Below are positions 42,401 through 54,400 of a DNA stretch of 64,000 nucleotides, piece after piece (position 1 is the stretch's first letter; each line of letters begins with the position of its first letter). The position numbers and the translations under genes are program-made. The stretch comes from Bugula neritina (taxonomy: Eukaryota; Animalia; Bryozoa): assembly GCA_964035545.1 (NCBI GenBank), contig OZ037771.1, forward strand, positions 11,288,480 through 11,352,479, written 5' to 3'. The notes under the pieces were generated by a model, which was given only the letters and a program-made list of their open reading frames with translations, was not told the DNA's origin and ran no database searches.

Positions 42401-45400
42401 GCATATGCTGATTTGTCATAATTTAATACTACTCACTCTATAGTCTACATTCTATAATGTATACCCTATAACTTGTACTCTCTTCTTTATAGCCCATATT
42501 ACCTCGTAGACAATCTACACCATCTATAACCTAGACTCTAGAGCATATACTCTATAATTTATACTATCCAATCTATAATCTACATTACCTATTCTATATT
42601 ATCTGATATACAGTCTATACTATCTGATATACAGTCTATACTATCTGATATACAGTCTATACTATCTGATATACAGTCTACACTATCTGATATACAGTCT
42701 ATACTATCTGATATACAGTCTATACTATCTGATATACAGTCTATACTATCTGATATACAGTCTATACTATCTGATATACAGTCTACACTATCTGATATAC
42801 AGTCTATACTATCTGATATACAGTCTATACTATCTGATATACAGTCTATACTATCTGATATACAGTCTATACTATCTGATATACAGTCTACACTATCTGA
42901 TATACAGTCTATACTATCTGATATACAGTCTACACTATCTGATATACAGTCTATACTATCTGATATACAGTCTATACTATCTGATATACAGTCTATACTA
43001 TCTGATATACAGTCCATACCATCTGATATACAGTCTACACTATCTGATATACAGTCTACATTATCTGATATACAGTCTACACTATCTGATATACAGTCTA
43101 CACTATCTGATATACAGTCTACACTATCTGGTATACAGTCTACATTATCTGATATACAGTCTACACTATCTGATATACAGTCTACACTATCTGATATACA
43201 GTCTACACTATCTTATATACAGTCTATACTATCTGATATACAGTCTATACTATCTGATATACAGTCTATACTATCTGATATACAGTCTATACTATCCGAT
43301 ATACAGTCTATACTATCTGATATACAGTCTATACTATCTGATATACAGTCTATACTATCTGATATACAGTCTATACTATCTGATATACAGTCTACATTAT
43401 CTGATATACAGTCTATACTATCTGATATACAGTCTATACTATCTGATATACAGTCTACACTATCTGATATACAGTCTACACTATCTGATATACAGTCTAC
43501 ACTATCTGATATACAGTCTATTCTATCTGATATACAGTCTACACTATCTGATATACAGTATACACTATATAATATACAGTCTATACTATTCACCAACCTG
43601 ACACACCATCGGGTAGGAGTTGAATGAGCGACTTGGTTCTCTCCTCAGCTGTGGGCAGCAGAACCTTCCAGCCGTTCTGTAAGGTATTCTGAGCAGCCGT
43701 CTGCACCTAGTAACACGCAGAAGATTCTCTCTACAGTCTGAGTATTAGCAGAACAGAAGTTAAATATAAAAGAGACTGCAACAGCCCTTACGTCTTGTAC
43801 AAAGTTTGAAAAGTTATTAGGATTAGAAAACAAGTTTTTTTTCTAAATCTGTATGTTTTCAACAAACAGTGTTTGCATAAGGTTACATAAAAATATTTCG
43901 ATTCTTCTGCTCACATAAAACTGAAAAAAGTGGAAACAGAGTAAAATTATATTATAAATCCCAAATAAAAAGCCTAATATTGCTTACACTTATACGCCTA
44001 ATCACATGTAAGCCACTATGACTTCTTTGTCACAATTAAACTATACTAGGTGGCATGTGACGCTAAAACTATCCAATCCAAGTAGGTTTACACGTTGTGA
44101 CGTATAAGTAGTCTCAACAAATGACAACACAATCACGAAGTTAACGAGAACAGAAACACCTGATGAGACTTGGTAAGAATTTAGAAAAGGTTGAAACAAG
44201 ACTTACAGTTTTAAGAACTCCGTTGTTGGTAGCAAATGCAACCAGCTTCCCTTTCAATGATGTTATCAGAGAACCATTGGCTTCCAGTCCCACTGTATTT
44301 GGATTGATATGGTGGTGGAACAAACTCAATAACTATAAATAGACACTGCCATCTAAAGACTCAGTACAACCAAGTCATGTAACAAATATACATCAATATT
44401 TATAGACTGGCACACAAGCGTACAGTAATATAAACTACATAGACGTAAGCGGCTCACCTGGAGGTTTAGCAGGTTGAGTGTAGTGACAGCCATGCACTCT
44501 CGTTCCAGTGAGGGGGGCCACTCACACTTCACCTCCATACCATTACACACTGTGCCAAGAACCTCGTCTATCAGTTCAAAGGTCAGGCAGCATAGGTCAA
44601 CAATGTAGGGCGATCTCAGTGGCAACTCCCACTTCCTTCCACTGGCGAAAGCAAACGTCTGGAATACACCATCAGTTCAGCATTATTCAAAATAGAAGCC
44701 AACTTTAATACTATAACAATTGTCAAAAATAAAAATACTTATTTACGTAAAAGAGAAATAATACATTTATTAATCAAAGAGAATCGAGACATTAGGAGTA
44801 CAAGATGATGAATATGACAGTAGCCATCACCAGGTGAATGCATACATGGAGTAATGGAGGGCTGGAGAAGTCAACAAAATAGTAGTGTGTGCACGCGTGT
44901 GTGTGCGCGAGTGTATGCGCATCTGTTACTATAAATATAGAGCCACCTGCTAACAAGCATAATAATTCACACAAAAAATGTTCATCTTATATTTTAAATT
45001 TCTAATCCAGCTCTAAGTCTTATCAAAACTTAGCCTAAATAAATACAAACCTGGTTGGAGCCGCACGCCGCCCCAACCACGTCCTTGCCAGTAATCTCAC
45101 CAACTACTTGAGGTACACGTACAGGTAAAGAGTTGAGAGTCTCAAATGTTCCCCAAGTGTACACCTAAAAATAGCATGTCATATACAACATGACACTTGG
45201 AGCACCTGCTACATCTGATAGAGCTACACTTGAGATAGAAACTACTAACACCTGCAATGTATACAGCATATATACACCTGGTTCACATAATGGACATGCA
45301 GTGCCACTTATAGACATCAGAATGATCCAACCTAGCTAACATGCTGTTTAATAAATACACACACACAACACCTTAGCAATACCCCTCTATTCAATCACCA

Positions 45401-48400
45401 TTGTTGTGAACCAGACTCCAATATAGAAACATGGAATAAATTTCAACTGCACATTCACTTTTAAAGATTGTCCACAGAGTAAGCTATTGTTGTCAGCAAC
45501 CATATAATATAGTCGTAAAAAATAGTCATGTAATATAGTTATATAAGATGGTCATAAAATATTTTTACACTAAATAGTGTTGTAATATAGTAATATAATG
45601 TAGTGATAATATATATCTATGTAATACAGCTATATATAATAGTCATAAAATATATTCATTTATTATACTGAGATAATATAGTTATATAATGCAGTCAAAA
45701 CTCATAGCAATACAACAGAACACATTTCAGGCATAACCCAACATCTGACATCATGTCCCAGAATGCTGCTGTGGCATTGTGCGTAAAGGCACCTGCCTCA
45801 CATGCCTATTGCAGTCAGTCATTTCGTTGAAACAAGCACCTCATCACAATTGTTACATTGATAACTCTGAAGCACCTTCTATGGTATAAGCATAATATAA
45901 AGTGATTTCAGGTGATGTACAGACCTGCACTTTACCTGGTAAGTGTGAGGCTATCAGGTGAGAAAAAGTGAGACATAAAACATTGCTACACATCTAAAAA
46001 GTTGACGTATGTAGTCTACTCACCAGCCCATTCTCCGTGACCGCGACAGAGTGCTGGGAGCCTACACTGATGTCTACCACAGTCTCTGGAATACTCGTCA
46101 GTTTCTTTGGTCGCTTCACAAAGACCTGAGACTCGTAGCCCAGCCGGTGGTTAGTCCCGTTTCCCCACGTGTAGACCGCGCCGTCCGGGGAGAGTCCCAC
46201 ACTGCGCAACAAATCCAACAACATTGTCTATGGACATAGAAAGGAGGATGCGAAGAATTCCGTTACAAGCGAACTTGTTTATTGGATAATGAATGGCGCT
46301 TGGAGAAATAGCGGTTACAGTTTTAGTCAAAAGTCTGCATCATATTATATGTGTGTAAGGCGCATTTCACCAAAGTGAGCAGCTCTTTTTCGAGCACTAA
46401 TTTGGTGGGTCTCCAAATTCTGACTAACAAGTTATTTCATCATATATACATATAGCACAATCATATAAACATATAGCACCATTATGTAAACATATAGCAC
46501 CATCATATAAACATATAGCACCATCATATAAACATATACTACCATGATATAAACATATACCACCATCATATAAACATATAACACTATCATAGACATATAG
46601 CACCATCACATAGACATATAGCACCATCACATAGACATATAGCACTACCATATAAACATATACTATCATCATATAAACATATACTATCATCATATAAACA
46701 TATAACACTATCATAAACATATACCACCATCGTATATACATATAGCACCATCATATATACATATAGCACAATCATATAAACATATACCACCATCATATAA
46801 ACATATACTATCATCATATAAACATATACCACCATCGTATATACATATAGTATAGCTGCTACCTGAAACTGTCTCCATTCAACACTTTCTTGAAGCTAAC
46901 TGGAACCAGATTCCAGTTCTTTGCCAGTTCTGAGTCTCCCCAGGAAATAACATTTCCTTCAAGTATAGCATACGTACAGCAGTGTACATAACATGTATGG
47001 AAATTACGTTTCCTTCAAGTATAGGATACGTACAGCAGTGTACATAACATGTATGGAAACACATACATTTGCCTGTGTAGAGACGTTATAGAATACATGG
47101 AGAAATACACAGAGAATGTATATAGAAACATTAATGATATTTTTATATTTACTATATTTCCGACAATATTTAGAAGATATAAATACTAAGCTTTATACAA
47201 TCAGCCCACTATCACTACGTCTGCAAACTTCGCATTAAGGAGTTTTCATTTAATGTTTGGAAACAGTTGCATTGAATGAAACCACAATCATAAGTTCATG
47301 CAAACCGCAATCACAAATTCATCGTACAGGCATCCATTCCCATAATGCAGTGATTGAGAATTAAAAGTAGCTTCCAAACACAGCATCAAATGTGATACAT
47401 ACACAAACAGGAAGTAACTAACCATGTGTAGAGAGTGCCAGTGTATCTGTACTCTCACAGCCAAAAGTGATTTGTTTAACCTGGGAGATACCCTTGACAA
47501 GAGTGGGAGTCAGGAAATCATCTGCAGTACTGTGACCTAACAGCAACCACCATATGGCAAGATTCATCATCAATATTATGTACAGGTATTTACACTTAGA
47601 GTATCATATAATATATATATACAATTGCTATACAATGATGTACCAGAATAACTATAAAGGTCATCTACCAACTCACACTTAGCTTGAGAGTTACCCACCC
47701 TAACTGGCATATAAAGATCTGTGCATCAGACTAGAGTAGCCGCATCATAGAATTTGAGCAACAGTTTCTTACGAATACAGTATTTAAAATTACACACCGC
47801 ATATTTTACCTTCCTACATTATATAATACAGTGCTACATTGTATAGTACAGTTCGGCATTGCATAACAGAGCTCTTCATTGTATGATACAGTGCTAGCTT
47901 ACATCAGGATGCTCATGATCAGTGGAGCTCACAGCTTTCATAAACCAAAATGCTGGAGGCAGAAGATCATCAGCAAAGCCTGACACAGAACTACCATAAA
48001 AGTGTATTAATCGAGAGTGTAACTAAGAGGTTACATAACTACTGTTACCTAGCAGTTTGCGATGACCTCGACCCCAGGTGAACAGTTCCCCCTTATCAGT
48101 GATGGCAGCTGAGTGACTCTCACCACATGATATGTAGGTCACCTTCTTGCCAGCTAAGGCCTCCACCACAGTCGGGGTAGAGACGTTTCTAGAAAGACCA
48201 GGTAACATGATTGGTACTTTATTGGCCAGAAAGTTGCCACTCTCGTAGTGAGTATTTAAAAAAAGATGAATGGTAACTTTGTGGATTGAAAGAATTGAAA
48301 CCTAATCGTTAAATTAGAACCAGGTCAATATTGTATCACAGTAAGGTGAAAAAATCTACAAATTTACAAAAGACATTACAACATTCAAATCCGATAAGAC

Positions 48401-51400
48401 ACAGTCTTTTCAACTTCTACTCTACATGGTACACATTATACAGTATGCAGAGTACGCAGAGATCAACTATGCCAAAATACAGCGAATCACCAACTACTGG
48501 TATACAGACAACTCACAGTCGACTGTTGTGACCCAGCTGGCCATATTGAGCTGCCTCATCACACGTGCCCCACGAGTAGACAACTCCGCTTGCAGTGAGC
48601 GCCAGGAAGTGATGTGCTTCGCAGTGTGATGCTATTTGCACAACTCCTTGGCCGTTCAGGGTGGCCACTGGGGTCAGACTCTAAAATTAAGCACGTAAAG
48701 AAGTTTGTACCGTGTGCATAATTATACTTAACGCTTTTAGGAAATTAATAACATAGAAACAAAAATCAAATAATCAAAATTAGATTTTAATAAAGTTTAT
48801 TATAAAATTTTAAGCAACAGCGTAATTTTTTCATAACACAAGCAGCAAGATAAGCTGAGAAGCTAAGAACCCACCTGCATCTCTGAGCTATACTTGAGCG
48901 TATAGATAGAGTCGTTAGTGGAGAGAACCAAGACGGACTTGACAGAGCAAGCTAACTGCTTGACTCCTGGCAGAGTCTTCAACTCATTGATCAGATGCGG
49001 AGTGGAGAGGTCAGTTCCCAGGTTCCAAGCCAGCCACCCCCAACCATATACCTGAAACCAGCAGCACACAGATACAGTGGGGATTGCCTTCTCTTAATAC
49101 AGAAACACATCTAGTAAGACATGCTGTAAGCTATAAGTGAAGACATGTCTATCATTGACAGTTTACTAGAACACGGCTGTATTTATTTTATGAGCTATGT
49201 ATCATATTTTTCAAACAACAGGAAACAGTACCACCTGAATACTACCAAGCTGCAATATGCAGCAGCGTTACTTCTGACCTCAAGATGCATAGAGTGTAAC
49301 ATGCAGTAATTCTATATCAAGATGCACAGTGCCATGTGTGAGCAGAAGTGTCAAGAGTAGAGCAATAACTAAGAGGTAAACTGCAGTTAAATTTAAACAA
49401 TCAGCAGAAGAAAGTTAGAATAATAAAAGAGATTCTGTTCTTGAGCATGCTCACTTCACACGTCTGCTCCTCAGCTTGAGACTCTTCCACCGACGGCTGA
49501 GCGAGGGAGGGTAGGAATGGGGTTATCAGTCTGTTTAGATGACATATCAAGATCACACTAGCTTGTTGCAGATCTATGGTGGCTTCCGGGTCCTTTGATA
49601 TCTACAAAGTAATTTGAATATCATTAGATAAGGTTAAGGAAGTAACTGAGTTGAGTTTGGAGAGACGCCCATACGCCACACATATGTCAACTGTAGAGGC
49701 AACCAGAAAAACTACCAGTAAAACATTATGATTTATTCAAACAGTTACAGCTTATTTTGCAATAGGTGAGTAGTAGGTGAGTCGTAAGTGAGTAGTAGGT
49801 GAGTAGTAGGTGAGTAGTAGGTGAGTGGCAGGTGAGCTAAACTCGTCTGAAAGTAATGCAGGTAAAAAGTGACGCAGTGCACTTACCTGCAAGTACTGCA
49901 GATAGCAGGTGGTGGGAGACAGAGTATAAGATCCAAACTCTTTGTTATACAGGTGATCTTCTCCCCCTCTAGAAGGCATAGTCTACAGGAGAACACAGGC
50001 TATGACTTATCATGTGCTATGAGCTATACACTATGTGCTATACACTATGTGCTATAGGCTATACGCTATGTGCTATACACTATGTGCTACACGCTATGTG
50101 CAAGGTGTTAGGTGGACATGCTTAACACAGCTAGTAATATTGTATACAGCATCACCTAGCAAGACTCCGTTTCTTTAGAGCTTGGATTACAGGTTTGAAT
50201 CAAGCATGTGTTGTTTAATCAATAATATAATATTATACATATATAATAATATAATATTATATATGTATAATAATATAATATTATATATGTACAATAATAT
50301 AATATTATATATGTATAATAATATAATATTATATATGTATAATAATATATTATATATGTATAATGCTAGGGACTTCACTTGTTGATTAGAAATAATCACA
50401 TGTACTGAATACTGCGGGTCAACTGCATATAGAACAATAGAATAGTTGTATCTAATAAAATCTAGAGCTACAGCAGGAGTGAGTTGGCAGAAATTACATC
50501 AAATACAGCCAATATAATGACTAAAACTATGTATATGGAATATAAATACCAACAGAATGGCACGCAGGCTTAGTTTTTAACGATAGTCACAGGTGTGCAA
50601 TAACAACTGCAGGCCTCGAAAAGACCAGCAGACAGCCTATACATCAACCTCAACCATTAGTAGGCACATGCAACGGAATAATCTAGAAAGATTTCTTGAG
50701 TAAAATGTCTTTTCATTTGTCAGCAGCTGCCCAGACTGACCTGCAGTCTCTGGACGAGGGGTATCAAGGGGGCAGACGTCAGACCTCTACTTCGGTTATC
50801 ACTCTTAGCCGTATGCCAGAGGTTCCAGAGAAGGAGTATAACATCAAGGAGGTCGGTGATGGAGCCCCGCTGAGCTGCTAGTTCACAGTAGAGAGCTAAG
50901 GCTACCATCTGGTCATTCAGAGGTACAGCTGATCTTGAGGCTGTCTGTAAAACTTCCCTGTAGAAGGTAGAGTGAGTAACATAGACAGCTGTGTGTAGTC
51001 ATTATATATGTATACAGTCAATCTGTAGAATATAGAGTGAGTAACATAGACAGCTGTGTGTAGTCATTATATATGTATATAGTCAAACAGTAGAATATAG
51101 AGTGAGTAACATAGACAGCTGTGTGCAGTCATTATATATGTATATAGTCAATCTGTAGAAGGTAGAGTGAGTAACATAGAAAGCTGCACATATCATTATA
51201 TATGTATATAGTCAATCTGTAGAATGAATACTACCAGAATAACAGACCAACTTTTTCAATCAAACAGTAATTCCAAGTAAGGACTGTTCAGAGACAGCAC
51301 GTGTAAATGAGAGAGTCAGGCAAATGTAACTAATTGTGTTAAGTAATCTAGTCATATATCACGATCAATCAGGAGTGAATCATACTACTGAAGTCTAAAC

Positions 51401-54400
51401 AATGCACAGGTTGCTTACCCATTGATAACTGTTCGGAGAAACTTAGAGGTCCTGGTAACCATGTCAAACCAGACTTTAGAGATGCCGGTTTCATTGAACA
51501 GACTGGCATTAGGCAGCAGTCTGTAAACACCATGACCAACTTTAATAGATCTATTTATAACATGCTATACGTAACATGACTGACTGTTCTCAAACACAAT
51601 AATGGCTGAAACACAAAGTCACCCGGAAATACATGTACAATTAGGTACATTTATGGCTGGCTACAAATATTACAGATAACGCACACACTGCATACGACTC
51701 GCACACTACAAACGACACATACAATACAGATGAGTCATACACTAAAGATGAGTCATACACTACAGATGAGTCATACACTACAGATGAGTCATACACTACA
51801 GATGAGTCATACACTACAGATGAGTCATACACTACAGATGAGTCATACACTACAGATGAGTCATACACTACAGCCGAGTCATACACTACAGATGAGTCAT
51901 ACACTACAGATGAGTCATACACTAAAGATGAGTCATACACTACAGCCGAGTTACAAAATGTAGAAGGATCGTATTAGCAATTGTGTTGAGCCAAATATCC
52001 AACCAATACTGTGAATGAACATAGAATAATCCTCGATATTTCTTTCTTTTACAGGATTTGGAATTCACCCAACAAAATGATGAGCATATAACTACGTTCC
52101 CATTACTTCAGATTATGCAAATAGATTTTTCATTCGCTGTTTGGGAACCACAGCCATACGTTAAGGCAAAAGGATCCATTCAAAGCATTGGGAACGCAGA
52201 GCATGTACGCATGTGAAATAAAGTAATGGTACAGAGTTGTAACATCACATAATATTATTATTACAGAATTATACCTCATAGCCTCTGTACTGTCCTGCAG
52301 AAGGCCACAGCAGAGGTCGGTATCTTCACCCGACCTCCATGTCCGTCTTAGAAAAGCAAAGGCAAAACTGAGAGCAGTCTGAGAGCCTACTTTAGCTAAT
52401 CCTGACATCATTTCCTCCTGAGGGGTCACGTGACTGGAAAATACAAGAATATATCCATATATGACATAAAATGCGCAACAAACACACAACTAAGCTGAAG
52501 GCAAATACAAGCAATAAGACTAAGTTATTAGTGAAACTGATGATAATATCAATAGTTTACAAAGTGAGGAAAAACTTGGACTGATAAGATTCGCAGTTTA
52601 AGTCTCCATTGAGGCGACATAACATCTCAACACATGCATATACACTCATTATATGATCTACCAAGTTAAGACATAAAATTCAGAAATTCTTTGCTCTCGT
52701 GTCCTTTCACCATTATTGAACTAGAATGTTGCTATTGTAGTTTGTCTGCGTGTATAGCAGTGAGACATCAACAAAAAATTTTATTTTCAAAATTTTTCCC
52801 ATAGAAAGCATGGGACTTCTTTGGCTACGTCAATCACAGCATCATGAGATATTATATATGTTATAGGATACACTATAGAAAGCCCAAGCCTATCACATTA
52901 TATTGATTTTTATTAGCCTGGAGCAGTGGCTAAAATATTGAGTGAATTATTGAAACGTTTGAGAGTTGACGGCTACTTCTATTTATATCCCACAGCATAT
53001 TACTACACCCTTTATGTACATCTTCCCCAACAGTTATGGAGCTATTGAATACAGATATTATATGACACACCATATCTTATATGCAAAACATATTGAACCA
53101 GCATAGGAAGAAAAAAATGCATAAAATGATACTAAAACGATCACATGAGCTTGTCTTATGTGTAGGGTTTCTAATAATATGGGGGCAAAAACCTGCAGAA
53201 ATCATATTTAAAATGATTGGTTTTTACGTTTTCACATTGCTTAGAAAAGTCAGTCATCTGCTATAAATTCATAGATTCTGCAGACAAAGGCCAATTTGTA
53301 AAAAAGGTAACTATTTGCAAAAATTGTCAATGAGTTTATTAATTACACTTGTTGAGCGACACAGGCTGGGTTCAGACACCTTCCTTACCTCTTCTGAGTA
53401 GAGATGTTGGAGGCAGTGACAGCAGATTTATATTTGGCTAAACTGATTTTGTTGCTAGGTTGGCGGTGTCGAGCTAAGGCTATCATGTACCTCTTCAGTA
53501 TCATGAGACGCTGTACTAAGATTGATGTTGACAGGGTACACGCAGCTACCTGTTTGCCTATTTTCATATTCTCTTGGAGAAGTAGCTCAGCCCCCAGCTT
53601 CAAATCTGACATACCTGCAACAGGCGGAGAGTAGGGCTAGACAGGAGGAAGGCGGGCTAGACAGGTGGAGAGTAGGGCTAGACAGGTGGAAGGCGGGCTA
53701 GACAGGTGGAGAGTAGGGCTAGACAGGTGGAAGGCGGGGCTACACAGGATGAGGGTGGGGCTAGACAGGAGGAAGGCAGGGCTAGACAGATGGAGATGGA
53801 AACATTGAAAAATGCCAAAGCTGTTTTAGTTAAAGCTTTAGACTATCTTTGAGCACATACTATAATTCTATATTTCAAATATATATATATTTCCATCTTC
53901 ACGCTGTTGACTGATATAATTACAGTAAGACCAGACATTTCATCTACACTTGAAAACATTTCTCCAGATGGTGGATACAATTAGCTACACAATATAAATA
54001 TATATACTAGACATTATAGCCATTTACACTTGTATATATACCTGTAAAATCATATAGATAAAACCATGCCCTCCATCCATGTCATTGTATTCATATATTA
54101 AAAGTCTTATATTTATTGGTTGATCTATTACAATGTATTTTCTTAGTTGACCTATAGAATAATACATAAAAATCATGACGATAAGTTGCACTCTCAACAT
54201 TACTACATTCACCCACCAACAGACTGCTTCCATGTCCAGGAACTGATCACCTGCTCGGAATGCTTATGCTGTGATGTCACTTCCTCCTGAGATGCATCTA
54301 GCTGCGCACATGCTGTGCAGTTACATCCCGGTTCTTCGCACACTCCATTACAGCAGTGGCAGGTAAGGACCCTCTTCCCACAGTAGTGCTTAGAATTCTC

